A stretch of DNA of 64,000 bases from Hyaloraphidium curvatum SAG 235-1 (GCA_025558095.1 JAIVFI010000037.1:186001-250000); one strand, 5' to 3'; shown: positions 10,580 to 21,575, numbered from the stretch's first letter. Translations and numbers: made by a program. The notes: generated from the sequence alone by a model not told the origin.

Positions 10580-11998
10580 ATGGAGTCTCCTCCTGCTCTG
10601 CGCCTCACGGCGGCGGAGGAGAGCGCCCTCTTCCCGGCGGGCGCCGCGGGCCCGGACCCGAAAGCGGACCCGAACGCGATCAAAGTGGAGGACGGCGGCG
10701 CGGGCACGGACCCTCTGGCGCTCGACGCCTCGGCACTGGTCGATGGACTCTCCCAAGACCCCTTCCTGCGTTTTGTCACGCGTCTCCATCTCGCGCTCGC
10801 GGGCGCCGCGCGCTGGACCGGGTATCGGCTGGCCGCCGTCGCCGTCTCGGAAGCGGCTCTCATCGCCGCCACTTGGGCGCTCAACAACCAGTCTCGGATC
10901 TTCAGCACCCGTCACTTGGCGGCATACACCGCCGCGAACGGATTGTGGTCTGCTTTCTGTGTCTGCATCGGGCTGCTCGGCACCGTGGCCGTCTTTGGGT
11001 TCCGCTTCGTGTCGGAGCCGCAGGCCGCAGCGCATCCCATGGCGACGCTCGTGCGATGGCGCCAGCTCGTGCAGGCGGGATCTGCGCTCGTCGCTCACGC
11101 GCCGAATGACAAGCTGTGCCCTTGCCCAGCGGACTCGTGCTCCGGCGCTCTCCCGAAGCAGGCCACCGCGCTTCGGGCACTCGCCCCGCTGGGCCCGCTG
11201 GTTGCCGAGCTCCTCGGCGACTTCTTCCTCATCTACACCCTCTCGTTCACTTTCCGCGCCCAGCTGTGGACGTCCGGGTGGGAAGCAACGGTCATCGCTT
11301 TCGGCGTCCTCCTCTACGGTACCCCCACCCATTTTATCAACGTCTGGAACACGCCCAGCACGGCACTCCTCCGGCTTCAAGGCCGGCTTCGGTACCGCGC
11401 CATGGACCTCATGCTCCGCGACACGCTCGCGCACCTCGAACTCTGCACCGCAACAAACACCCCCCCGCGCCTCCCGGCCGACGAGCCCTACATCTCCCTG
11501 CACTTCTCCCTCTCCCAAGCCTGGCCCTCCGAGCTCGCCCACATATCCTCGGGACGCGCCGGCCTCGTCGCCCTCTTCTTCCCGCTCCTCGTCGGGACCA
11601 TCGTCTCGGCCTCCGTGGCGTCCTGCATCCCCCTCTGGATCCTCTTCTTCGCACTCTGTGTGCTGGTTATATTGGTCCAGGAGATGCTCAACGTCGCGGC
11701 GGCGAACGCCGAGATCGACAGGGTTGCCTCCCTGTACCGCACCTTCCGCACCAAGATCCTCGTCTTCCTCGCCCGCAATCCCACGGAGCCCATCGCGCTC
11801 GCCCTGCGCGGCCACGCGGAGCTTCTCTCGGCGTTCGAGCGGACGGACGAGGTGCAGGGGACCTTCCTGGGGTTCCGGGTGCGGTATTCCGTCGTGAGGG
11901 GGTTCCTGGCGACGGTGCTGACGATCGCGGTCGGGCTGTGGTCGTTGTTGCGCGGGGCGGACGTGAACCTGACGCCCGAGACGGTGTGTCCTGGGTGA
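10580..11998 (+). CDS. 7-TM membrane protein, paralog 1 (GR/DUF3537-like 7TM ion-channel candidate)
   Basis: 472-aa intronless ORF with about 7 hydrophobic segments. Motifs shared with genes at 19992 and 46272. C-terminal TFLGFRVRYSVVRGFLATVLTIAVGLWSLLR. Confidence 0.75.
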   Translation: MESPPALRLTAAEESALFPAGAAGPDPKADPNAIKVEDGGAGTDPLALDASALVDGLSQDPFLRFVTRLHLALAGAARWTGYRLAAVAVSEAALIAATWALNNQSRIFSTRHLAAYTAANGLWSAFCVCIGLLGTVAVFGFRFVSEPQAAAHPMATLVRWRQLVQAGSALVAHAPNDKLCPCPADSCSGALPKQATALRALAPLGPLVAELLGDFFLIYTLSFTFRAQLWTSGWEATVIAFGVLLYGTPTHFINVWNTPSTALLRLQGRLRYRAMDLMLRDTLAHLELCTATNTPPRLPADEPYISLHFSLSQAWPSELAHISSGRAGLVALFFPLLVGTIVSASVASCIPLWILFFALCVLVILVQEMLNVAAANAEIDRVASLYRTFRTKILVFLARNPTEPIALALRGHAELLSAFERTDEVQGTFLGFRVRYSVVRGFLATVLTIAVGLWSLLRGADVNLTPETVCPG

Positions 11999-12052
11999 AA
12001 TAGAGTCGGCCGGCGACAAGGCGCTGTATTCGCGCATGTTCTCGTCTTGTCC

Positions 12053-14305
12053 TCAATCCGACGACGACTGCGCAAACCCAGGATCGTCCATGGCCGCCGC
12101 CACCACGTCGACAATGTCGGAAGCCGCTGCCGCCGCTGCCGCCGCCGCTGCCGCCTCCCCCGCAACCCCCGCCGTCCCCCGCTCGTACTCCCCGCTCCCG
12201 TACGTCTCGCGCACCTCGGCTGCCTCGGCCGAGAACCCGACCTTCTTCCCCGACCCCCCGCGTCCCCCGTCCGCGAGCCCGAACTCGGGCAACCCCGCGA
12301 TCGGATCCGCCCCCGTCCCCCGCGCGGCCCCCGTCCCCGCACCCTCCGCCACGCAAAGGAAGCACGCCGACCCCGACCCGTCGTCCGCCGCGCCCCCGAG
12401 GTGCTCGCAGAACCCCGTCCCCCTCCCCGCGGACCGCAGCGAGGCCAGGTCCCACGCGCGCAGGGGGCGGGGCAGCGAGTCCTCGAGGAGGCCGCGGAGG
12501 AGGAGGCCGGCGCGGTGGTGGTGCGGCTGCCCCGAGTCCTCGAGGAAGCGGATGCAGGTGGCGGCGTCCGAGTGCAGGGCGGCAGGGCCGCCGAGGTGCC
12601 GGAGGACGACGAGGTCCAGCCATGCGGCGTGGGAGGCAGAGGCGGAGCCAAAGGTCAGCAGGTAGAAGTTGCCGCGGAGGTCCTGCGCGGCCATGCGCGC
12701 CGAGAGCATGCGCAGGCCGGCGGCGATCCCCGCAGCGCAGGAGGTGGCCTCGGCAAAGGAGGGCGAGCCGAACCAGATACGCAGCATGGCAGCTTCGATC
12801 TCGTGCCGGAAGGAGGCGTCGTCGGCGGCCAGAGGGCCCGATCCGTGAGAGGCTTGCGACACCGCGTCGTCCGAGTCTTCCCCGGCGAGATCCTCCGACC
12901 GCGCTCCGCCGCGTGGGTCGCCCGTGGACGCCCCCGCCGCCGAAAGCACCTCGTCGTCCCCCAACCACCCCGGCTGGAACGGCTCGGGGCTCACCAGCAT
13001 CATCTTCACCTGCCGCGTGAGCGCCAGCGACCCCAGCACCACCTGCCCCGCGTCCCCCGGCAGCCTGCCCAGGTCCGCATCCAGCGCGTCCCAGTCCCCG
13101 GCCTCCCATGCGGCCGTGCGCGCGGCGGGCGCGGCGGCGGACATGGCGCCCACGGCGTCGAGCAGGTGCCGCCGCCGGCGCACCGCTTCCCGGAGCAGCG
13201 GGTTGCGCAGCAGAGTCTCGCGGAGGATCACCGAGAGCGGGTCGGTGGCCCTGGGGGTGTTTGGATCGCGGAGGAGCTCCTCGGCCGCGAGCACGCCGAG
13301 CATGGACATGCCCGCTTCCTCCCGCAACCAGCGGCAGAACCGCGAGACCTGGTACAGCGCGTAGGCCGGCCCGGTGGAGGGCGCCAGGGGGCCGGCGTCC
13401 ATGGAGTCCGCGTACGCTGTGCGCACTGTGACTTCCCGCGGCACCGTCGGAGGCGGCATGCCGTCCTGCAGCGGGTCCAAGAAGCCGAGAAGATCCCTGC
13501 ACCGCGGGCGGTCGCAGAAGGCCACGGCGTCGGGCACGGGGGTGTTGGGCGGGCCGGCGTCAGGGCGCGGAATGGCGGCCAGGAGGACGGCGTGGGGCTG
13601 CAGGGGCACGTCCGGGAAGGATCGAGGAGGATCAAAGGCCATGTCGTCGTCGGCGAACGAGGCGAGCAGCGCGTCCAGGGCCATGCACAGCCAAAAGACG
13701 TCGCGCCAGTGCTCATCAATCAGGAGGTCATCCGCTCCGCGCGGAAATGTCTCCGAAGGGAGCTCCCCGGGCACGCGGGTGAGGGCCAAGGCGGCGGCCA
13801 GGTGGCGCGTGATGGCGCGGGCGGCATCGGGCCTGCCCATGAGCAGCAGCGAGAATCCGGCAGCCAGCGAGAGCGAGTAGAGCAGCGCGAGGTTGGGCAG
13901 CGTGCGGAGGGCTGCGCCGGGTGGCTTGCGGCCGCGGTCCATCGACCCCGTGCGGCGCCGGCCTCCCAGCAATGCGACGTCCTTCCAGAAGCGAGAGAGT
14001 TCCGTCCGCACGGTCGACAAGTAGTGTGCCTCGAGCGCCGGCACCGTGTGCTCCAGCTCGGCGTTGCCCGTCGTCGCCACGATGACCCGCGCGCCGACCC
14101 ACAGCGCTAGGGCGGCCATCGGCGGCGAGGAGTAGAGCTGCGACCACCGCGGGTCGCCCTCCCCGCCGGGCATTCCGCGGCCCGCCAGCAGAGATGCCAG
14201 CACGCCGCGTTCCGAGAAGCAGACGGTGTTGCCCGGCAGCGCGGCGGCGAAGGCGGCGCAGAGCGTTTCGCGCAGATCCGCGGGGAGGCCAAAGTAGGCC
14301 GCCAT
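12053..14305 (-). CDS. Fungal TF middle-homology-region-like protein with C-terminal CxH-CxxC finger and RVxF-type motif, paralog 1
   Basis: DEHWRDVFWLCMALDALLAS resembles the fungal TF MHR helix. Clear paralog of 31604-33829. C-terminal KKVGFSAEAAEVRETYGSGEYERG. Confidence 0.65.
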   Translation of the reverse strand: MAAYFGLPADLRETLCAAFAAALPGNTVCFSERGVLASLLAGRGMPGGEGDPRWSQLYSSPPMAALALWVGARVIVATTGNAELEHTVPALEAHYLSTVRTELSRFWKDVALLGGRRRTGSMDRGRKPPGAALRTLPNLALLYSLSLAAGFSLLLMGRPDAARAITRHLAAALALTRVPGELPSETFPRGADDLLIDEHWRDVFWLCMALDALLASFADDDMAFDPPRSFPDVPLQPHAVLLAAIPRPDAGPPNTPVPDAVAFCDRPRCRDLLGFLDPLQDGMPPPTVPREVTVRTAYADSMDAGPLAPSTGPAYALYQVSRFCRWLREEAGMSMLGVLAAEELLRDPNTPRATDPLSVILRETLLRNPLLREAVRRRRHLLDAVGAMSAAAPAARTAAWEAGDWDALDADLGRLPGDAGQVVLGSLALTRQVKMMLVSPEPFQPGWLGDDEVLSAAGASTGDPRGGARSEDLAGEDSDDAVSQASHGSGPLAADDASFRHEIEAAMLRIWFGSPSFAEATSCAAGIAAGLRMLSARMAAQDLRGNFYLLTFGSASASHAAWLDLVVLRHLGGPAALHSDAATCIRFLEDSGQPHHHRAGLLLRGLLEDSLPRPLRAWDLASLRSAGRGTGFCEHLGGAADDGSGSACFLCVAEGAGTGAARGTGADPIAGLPEFGLADGGRGGSGKKVGFSAEAAEVRETYGSGEYERGTAGVAGEAAAAAAAAAAASDIVDVVAAAMDDPGFAQSSSD

Positions 14306-14870
14306 TGCGAGCGCGCAACGGAGCCAAACGCCAATCAGGGGCAGCAAGGCTCGAAAAGGACGGGCGCGGCGCGGGATGCTGTTGAATGGCGGCGGCGGGC
14401 GGCGGCGGATGGCCGAGGCGCGGGGGACGATGCGTCAGGAGTCGCTCGGCGGAGGGGGCGGCAGCCGACGAATCGCACCCGGAAATTCAACTCGGCGACT
14501 TTCTGAAGCGAAGCGGCGAATATGGCCGGGCGGACGCCGGCATGGAGCGCTGAAGGGCGCGCGGGTTTGGAGGGCAGGGCTCCAGGGACGCGACCATTTG
14601 CCACCGCCACCGCAAACCCGTCCGCGTTGGCCAAAGAGCCATATCATTTGCCCCTCGAATCCATTGCATCATTGCTTCAGGAGGCATGTGTAGCTCGAAA
14701 GCGGGGGCGGAGTTCCAGCTCGAAGTTGGTCGATATGATCTCGGCCTTCGATGGCGGCCGACTTTCGGGTGCTTCGAGGCCGCCTCTGGATGGATTCCAG
14801 CCCCATCATCCACTCCACCTTCTCTTTCAGCCTTATCTACAGCAGACACACGTTGAAGCCGGTCATGCCC

Positions 14871-15659
14871 TCACTGCACGGCCAGCGTCGCCATGTCCGG
14901 CTCGTCCTCCCCGGTGTACTTGTCGATCCCGATGTACCCCCCCGCCTGCTCGACCTTCTTCTTGTCCCGCTCGCTGAGCACGGGCCCGATCACGTCCAGC
15001 CGCTTCCACCCCGCCAGCGGCTGCTTCCCCTCGGCATTAGGCACGTGCGGCGACACCTCCAGGTGCCCCTTGGCGATGTACCGCCCGCAGTTGACGTAGA
15101 GGTGCTTGACCTCCACGACGCAGACGTACTGCGCGCCCGGGAACATGGAGAGCAGCGCCGGGTCCTGCGAGTGCCGCGCGATGCCCTGGGCGCGGAGCCG
15201 CCGCGGCTTCCCGAAGTCGACGAAGAGCAGGCCGACCTTTTTCGTCGCGGCGATGTTGCCGAGGGTGAGCTGCATCCCGTTGCCGTCGTAGAGCGGGAAG
15301 CACAGCTCGGACTTGCCCGTGGCGCGGACGAAGCCGGGGGCGCCGCCCTTGAAGCTGACGGTGGGCATGCCGCGCGAGTCCACGGTGGCCAGGAAGAACA
15401 TGGGCACGGATTCGACAAAGGCCCTGTCGTCGGGCGAGAACTCGGTGCGGGCCATCCGCTCCAGCAGGTCGGCGAGGCGACGCGTGTCATTCCGGTCCTG
15501 CAGCTCGCGGTGCCACTTGTCGTACAGGCCCGTGTCCGGCTCGGATGAGCCGCGGGAGAGGAGGCGGTAGGTCGCGTAGCCGGCGGCGGCGGCGGCGGCG
15601 CCGAGCGCGAGGAGGACGGCGGGCGGGCGGTCCCGCGCGGCCGAGCGGATGCGGTCCAT
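14871..15659 (-). CDS. Pyridoxamine 5'-phosphate oxidase-like FMN-binding protein with N-terminal hydrophobic anchor
   Basis: FFLATVDSRGMPTVSFKGGAPGFV, YDGNGMQLTLGNI, VGLLFVDF..PRRLR, YVNCGRYI. Intronless. Confidence 0.85.
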   Translation of the reverse strand: MDRIRSAARDRPPAVLLALGAAAAAAGYATYRLLSRGSSEPDTGLYDKWHRELQDRNDTRRLADLLERMARTEFSPDDRAFVESVPMFFLATVDSRGMPTVSFKGGAPGFVRATGKSELCFPLYDGNGMQLTLGNIAATKKVGLLFVDFGKPRRLRAQGIARHSQDPALLSMFPGAQYVCVVEVKHLYVNCGRYIAKGHLEVSPHVPNAEGKQPLAGWKRLDVIGPVLSERDKKKVEQAGGYIGIDKYTGEDEPDMATLAVQ

Positions 15660-15897
15660 CGCGGCGGCGGAAACGGGGGGCTGCGAGGCGTGGCCCGGAA
15701 CGGGTGATTGCACGCACGGCAAGCATCAGACAGCACTCGGCGAGTCGTTCGGTGGGACTCACGGGAAGCAGGATCGGCGTTCTCGGCGTGGGCGGCAAAC
15801 GCCAATAAAAATAAAGGCCGGCCCGCGAGCCAGCCCGCGAGCGGTGTCTCCCATCACATCCAAAACCCTCGCCACACCCGCCGGTCGATCGATTCCG

Positions 15898-17133
15898 ATG
15901 TCGGCGGTCGCGTGGGAGCTGCCTGCGGACGTGATCGCGGTGCGCGACGGCCTGCTCGCGTTTGCGCGCGCCGAGGTCCTCCCGCGGCACGCCGCCCACG
16001 CCGAACTGTTCGCCGACCCGCGCCGGCTGTACCGCGACGACGGCCGCTTCTCCGATGAGCTGATGGCACTCATCACGGAGGTCCGCACCGCTGCTGCCAA
16101 GGCCGGCTTCTACAACATGTGCGTGCCAAAGAGCCTCGGCGGCGGCGGCATGGGCCACCTGGCCTACTACGTCGGCTGGGAAGCGCTGTTCCGGCTGTGC
16201 GGCCCGCAGAATTGGCTGATGCTGTATGTCATCGCGCACTGGGCATTCGGGCCGAGCAGGCTGCTGGAGAAGGTCACGCCCGAGGCCCGCGAGCGCTTCC
16301 TGGGACCGCTGATGCGCGGCGAGGCGTCGATGTGCTTTGGCCTCTCCGAGCCCGGCGCCGGGTCGGATGCCGCGGCGCTCTCTACCCGTGCCGTGCCCGA
16401 CGGCGACGGTTGGCGCATCTCGGGCCGCAAGATCTGGACAACCAACGCCCCCGTGGCAGATTTCTGCGTCGTCTTTGCGGTTACCGACCCCGACAGGGCA
16501 GCCCAGCGTCGCGGCGGCATCAGCGCCTTCCTCGTCCCGACCTCATCCCCCGGATTCCAAGTGGAGCGCGTGATCAAGCTCTTCGGGCACATCGGCGGGG
16601 ACGAAGCCTCGCTCCTGCTCTCCAACGTGCGCGTGGAACCGTGGCAGCTCGTCGGCGACCTGCACTCGGGCTTCGCCTCGGCCATGTACGGCGTCTCCCT
16701 CGGCCGGGTGTACAATTCCGCCCGGGCGGTCGGAACCGGCCGCTGGGCCCTGGAGCTCGCCCTCTCGTACGCGAAGCAGCGCAGGGCATTCGACGCCGCC
16801 ATCTCCGAGTTCCAGGGCGTCACGTTCCCCATCGCCTCGTCGTTCACCGAACTGCACGGCGCGCACCTCATGGGCCTCAACGCCGCCATCCTCCTCGACA
16901 AGGGGCACCCGGCGCTGAAGGAGCTCTCCATGGCCAAGGCCTACTCGGTCCAAGTTGGCTTCCGCGCGGTGGACAGGGCGATGCAGACACATGGCGCGAT
17001 GGGGTTCACGAACGAACTCGGGATGATTCACGCGTGGCACGCACTGAGGGTGGTGAACGTTGCGGATGGGACGAACGAGATCTTGAATCGGGGGATCGTG
17101 CAGCAGTTGCTGAGGGGGGACCTGGACATTTGA
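15898..17133 (+). CDS. Acyl-CoA dehydrogenase (bacterial-like)
   Basis: CFGLSEPGAGSDA, WRISGRKIWTTNAP, YAKQRRAF, AVDRAMQTHGAMGF, VADGTNEI. Intronless. Confidence 0.92.
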   Translation: MSAVAWELPADVIAVRDGLLAFARAEVLPRHAAHAELFADPRRLYRDDGRFSDELMALITEVRTAAAKAGFYNMCVPKSLGGGGMGHLAYYVGWEALFRLCGPQNWLMLYVIAHWAFGPSRLLEKVTPEARERFLGPLMRGEASMCFGLSEPGAGSDAAALSTRAVPDGDGWRISGRKIWTTNAPVADFCVVFAVTDPDRAAQRRGGISAFLVPTSSPGFQVERVIKLFGHIGGDEASLLLSNVRVEPWQLVGDLHSGFASAMYGVSLGRVYNSARAVGTGRWALELALSYAKQRRAFDAAISEFQGVTFPIASSFTELHGAHLMGLNAAILLDKGHPALKELSMAKAYSVQVGFRAVDRAMQTHGAMGFTNELGMIHAWHALRVVNVADGTNEILNRGIVQQLLRGDLDI

Positions 17134-17341
17134 GGGTTGTCGCGACGCGTGCTCTCCGAAATGCGCTTTCAGTAGCATGTATAGAGCTTGAGAGCTCAAT
17201 CATTGTGGAGTTTTGGACGGTTTGTCTCCAGGCGCTGGTATTTGGGCAGTCATCCGTCTTGGGAGACATTTCCAACGATTACTGACTTGTGAGGCCGCAG
17301 CTCCTGTTCCAATCCCACGGCCTGAACGACGGGAACGCGCG

Positions 17342-18205
17342 ATGCTCGTCGAGCTCGTTTCCGTGACCACCTCCGACGGATTCCGCCTCGATGGCGCGCT
17401 CCGTGCCCCTGCTGCTGCAAAAGACGCGCGTGGCCTGCCCGCCGACGCGCTGATCGCGATCCACGGCGCGACCGGCAACTTCTACGGGGAATCCTTCTTC
17501 TCCCGTGTGTCGGACGAGCTCTCCTCCCGGGGATGCGCCGTGCTCCGCATAAACAATCGCGGCCACGATTTCGCGTACCCGGTTCGGAACCTCCGGGGCT
17601 TCATGGGCACCGCGTTCGAGGTCATCGACGATTCGCGGAAGGACCTGCAGGCCTGGCTGGACTTCCTCGAGTCCCGCGGATACAAGCGCATCGCCGTCTG
17701 GGGCCACTCCCTCGGCGCCGTCAAGACCGTCTACTCGATCGCGACGGACGCGGACCCCCGCGTCGTCCTCGGGCTGGCCTCCTCCCCCCCGCGCTTCTAC
17801 TACGCCACGCACGCCGACTCTTCCTACGGGCCCGAGTTCAAGAGCAACATCGCGCGGGCGGAGGAGCTGCTCCGCGAGGGCAAGCCCGAGGAGCTGATGC
17901 GCGTCGCGGTGCCCCTGCCGGGGCTGTTTTCGTCGGCGACCTACAGGGACAAGTACGGGCCCGAGGACAGGTACGATTTCCTGCCCTTGCTGGAGAAGCT
18001 GCCGGTGCCGATGCTGGTCACGCTGGGCGGGGAGGAGACGCAGACGTACTACATCGACCTGCGCCGCGAGGGACCGGACATGGCCAAGAAGATCGAGAAG
18101 CTGGAGTACAAGGTGATCGAGGGCGCGGATCACCTGTACACGGACAAGTACGGGGAGCTGTGGGAGGCCGCGTGGGCGTGGATGGAGGGGCTGCCGAAGG
18201 CGTGA
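17342..18205 (+). CDS. Alpha/beta-fold hydrolase (DUF1749-like)
   Basis: IHGATGNFY, NNRGHD, nucleophile elbow GHSLG, C-terminal IEGADH. Intronless. Confidence 0.85.
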   Translation: MLVELVSVTTSDGFRLDGALRAPAAAKDARGLPADALIAIHGATGNFYGESFFSRVSDELSSRGCAVLRINNRGHDFAYPVRNLRGFMGTAFEVIDDSRKDLQAWLDFLESRGYKRIAVWGHSLGAVKTVYSIATDADPRVVLGLASSPPRFYYATHADSSYGPEFKSNIARAEELLREGKPEELMRVAVPLPGLFSSATYRDKYGPEDRYDFLPLLEKLPVPMLVTLGGEETQTYYIDLRREGPDMAKKIEKLEYKVIEGADHLYTDKYGELWEAAWAWMEGLPKA

Positions 18206-18401
18206 GGCCGCAGTCGCTCAAAATGGGACGCTTGGCTTTGCCAAGTGAGGCGTCCACCTGACAGACTAAAGGGGAGGACCACACACTGATTGCAACAATG
18301 TACAGTGTGACAAAGACGAACATTTCGAAGTGAATCAGAGCCCGTTCATCCAAGAAGCACAACCGCAGCGGCATCCCCTCGCTCTCGTCGTCCTCTTCCG
18401 C

Positions 18402-19398
18402 CTAGGACCACAGACCCTGCGCTTCCATCTCCTCGAAGACGTACCTCGTATTGCCGTCGTAGAGCAGTCCGCTCTCGAGCATCTCCACGTCGCGGTGAGC
18501 GCGGGCGCACACGCGGCGTCCTTGGCCCTCGTCCCCGGAGACGCACGCGGCGGAGTAGCAGAAGACACCCGAGCTCTGGCACCCGTAGGGCTCCTTGCAG
18601 CAGTAGCGCGTTCCGCAGAGATTGCAGTCCACCCAGTGCTCCCCGTATCCGTCGTCGTCGAACAATTCGATCGGGTTGCAGCAGAAGCACGAGGAAAGCC
18701 ACCTCTTGCGCAGGATCACGTCGTATTCCTTGACCAGGAGGTAGCTCGGCCTCAGGCACCGGTGGCAGTCCAGCAGCCCCGTGACGTCAAGCACGACAGC
18801 CATACACGGCCCCGTGTTGTCGACGATCGAGTCCCATCCGTCCTTGGCGTTCTCCGTCCGACGGAGGAGCGAGTTCCACGGCCCGTTCTCGCCCGGGCGA
18901 TCGCTGAAGAAGTGCGGCCGCAGCACTCCAGGTACAGTGAGCGCCACACGGGGTCGAAGAACGGGTTCCTCAGGGTCGCGAGCAGGCCGCTCGATGCGTG
19001 TGCGAGGTGGAGCAGCGGTTTCGCCAGCGCCACGTTTCCGCCGAGGTCGCAGGCCGCCCTCGCGCGCTTCCGAGCCGTGCCCCGATTCTCCCCCTCGTCT
19101 TCGGGCTTCTTGACGTGCCTTTTGTACCTACGCGGAGGGGTGATGAGGAACTCGGCGATGGGGCGGAGGATCTCGGGCGGCAGGGTCTCCAGGGTCGGTG
19201 CGGGCGCGGCGGGAGCTTTCGGGTCCGCGGGCGGCCGGCCGCGCAGTCTTTTTGAGCGCCGAGAAGAGGAGGAGAGCCTCGCCGGTCCTTCGCGTTGCCC
19301 GTCGAGCCAGACCGCTGCCTCCCGCGCTGAGTCACCGCTGTAGGAGGGTCCTTTGGCGCCTCCTCCACGCCCGATGCAGCCGAACCGCTGCTCTCCAT
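18402..19398 (-). pseudogene. Frameshifted F-box-like protein with Cys-rich C-terminal region
   Basis: F-box-like LETLPPEILRPIAEFL lies in a frame with no ATG of its own. Frameshift near 18926 (WRSLYLE / VLRPHFF). Downstream CxxC pairs (CHRC, CFCC, CNLC). Could be a sequencing error instead. Confidence 0.55.
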
Positions 19399-19991
19399 AG
19401 TGCGCTGGAGCCTAGAAGCGCGAATATCGGGGACGTGCCGACTTTGCGAGGAACGGCGCGCGCGGTGATAGATGAGTCGCACGAGCCCCCGGCAGCAAGA
19501 ATTTAACAGGCTTCCACGAAGTCCACCGAAGCACCCACGGCGAGCTGGCGTGCCAAGAAGGAGCCGACGGCAAAGGGCACGGCGAGCGTGCGATCTTTGC
19601 GGCCTGCTGTAGCAGATACAGCGCCATGCCGAGGCGCTTGAGCGGGCACGCACACCCCGGACGCCGCCGCCGCGTCCCACGTCGTCCCCGCCCCGCCCGG
19701 CTTGGCCGGCAGCAGCGCGAGCCATTCCACGGGCGAGAAGCGCTCCGCCCGCGCCTTCTCCATCGGTGGCCGGCCCCGGCGACGTCCACGCGATCAGTTT
19801 TGATCGCGTACGCGGCGCTACTTCACTGCAAACGCGTTTTCCACGAAGAACGACACCGAGGTGCCGAGATTGGCAAAGCTAAAGGCTTCGCTCCTTTCGG
19901 GCACGGCGCGGCTCGCGCTTAGCCTTCGCCAACGCGGTGCCGAGCACAGCTCCTCTGTCTCCTGCACGTTCCCCCGAGTCATTTCGTGGAC

Positions 19992-21575
19992 ATGCCTGCA
20001 GTCGCGGCCAATGGAAACACGGAGAGCACCGCCAAGGATGGAGACAGCGTGTCCCTGGGGAATCTCGACGCGTCACCTACCTCTCGGCAAGCGACACCGT
20101 CAGCGCCGGTGCAGCTCTCCGGGGAGGACATGCTGGCGCTCTTCCCGTGGCTCCCGCCGCCAATCTCCTCGCTCGAGGACGGTGTTCCCGAGAACGCCGA
20201 GTTCGCGGCCGTCCGCGCGGCGAACCCGCTGGACCCGGGGAGCTTTCTGGACGCGCTGCGCGCCAGCCGCAGCACAGTTGCCCTCGAGCTGATCTGCCGC
20301 GCGGTTCTTCGCTATGGCTCATGGCACTTTAACATCCAAACTGCCCTTGTATGGTCCATTTGGGCCGCGTTACTTGGCGTTGCTTGGTGGTTTAGCTCGT
20401 CGAACTCGGCCCCGGCTTTCGGAACGGCGCAGCTTGCGGCGATGGCCCTGACTGTTTGGTCGGGATTAGCGCAGCTTCTGATCCTGAACGCGTTTTGGTC
20501 GCGGTCTAGGTGGCAGAAGGTGATGACCCGCTCGATGTCCAGCCCTGGCGCATCGCCCTTGGACATTCACCCTCTTGCCGGTTATGTTCGATGGCATCAA
20601 TTGGCTGCAGCCAAGAGCACATCATTGCTGCTGATTCATGACCCATCGGATTCAAGTTGCCCGTGCCCCCTGCCGGCGTGTGTCGGCAACCACCTGATCA
20701 AGTATGCTTGGTATCGCATTGCTGTCATGCTCGCCATCAGTTCCGTTCTCTTCTGCTTCGTATTCTTTCAGATGTACACCACCTTTATCTCTTTCTCGGC
20801 GCGATTCTGGGCCCAGTGGTGGTCCTACATCCTCGCTGCGCTAGCCCTGTCTCTTGGCGTGTCGCAGATCGCAACCACCTGGCCCGGCTTGAGCACGACC
20901 TCCAACGCCTACAGCCTCGACGTGGCTAGGCGCTTGCACCGGCGCGCCATGAAGCTGGCCATGCAATCGCTCCTGGCGCGCCTCAGATTCGCGCTCGCCC
21001 ATGGCGACGACGCAGTGCTTGACGAAGGGGACTGCGAGCTCTACGCGCGCCTGCACGACGAGTTGGCGGCGACCTGGCGGTACCGCTTCCCGTTACTCTC
21101 CCATTCCGGGACGGTATCGCTCTTCTGGGTCGTGGTTTTCGCGATCAACACCGTTATTACCGCCTCCGTAGGCTCCTGCGTACCCGCATAGTACATTTCC
21201 ATATTCGTCTTTGCACTCATCACGATCACGGCGGACCTGCTCAACCTCTCCTACAACAACGCGCAGATCTCGCAGGCGGTGGACCTGTACACGGACGCAC
21301 GGCACGCGATCGCGGCCATGGTCGTCGCGGCGCAGAGCGGGCCTGCCTCGGGATGGAAGAGGGATCTCGTGGCGAGGATGTGGGGCCACGACGCGCTGCT
21401 GGCTTCGTTCCTGGACGTGTCGCGGTACAAAGGGCAGTTCCTGGGCTTCACGGTGGATTTCGGGTTCACGCGGAGCCTGCTCATCACCGTGTTTACCGTG
21501 ATCATCGGCCTCGTGTCGATCTTGCGGGGCTCGGGGCTTTTCGTCTCGCTGGATTACGTCTGCCCGAGCAGGTGA
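19992..21575 (+). pseudogene. 7-TM membrane protein, paralog 2, with a single in-frame TAG at 21189-21191
   Basis: ORFs 19986-21191 and 21279-21575 are in the same frame. Reading through gives GSCVPA*YISIFVFALITITADLLNLSYNNAQI, collinear with paralogs 1 and 3. Confidence 0.7.

Noticed and set aside
10202-14110. Long antisense and alternate-frame ORFs (for example 10202-12037, 11688-13502, 12047-14110)
   Set aside because: These are shadow ORFs caused by high GC. They give R/P/G-rich translations with no motifs.
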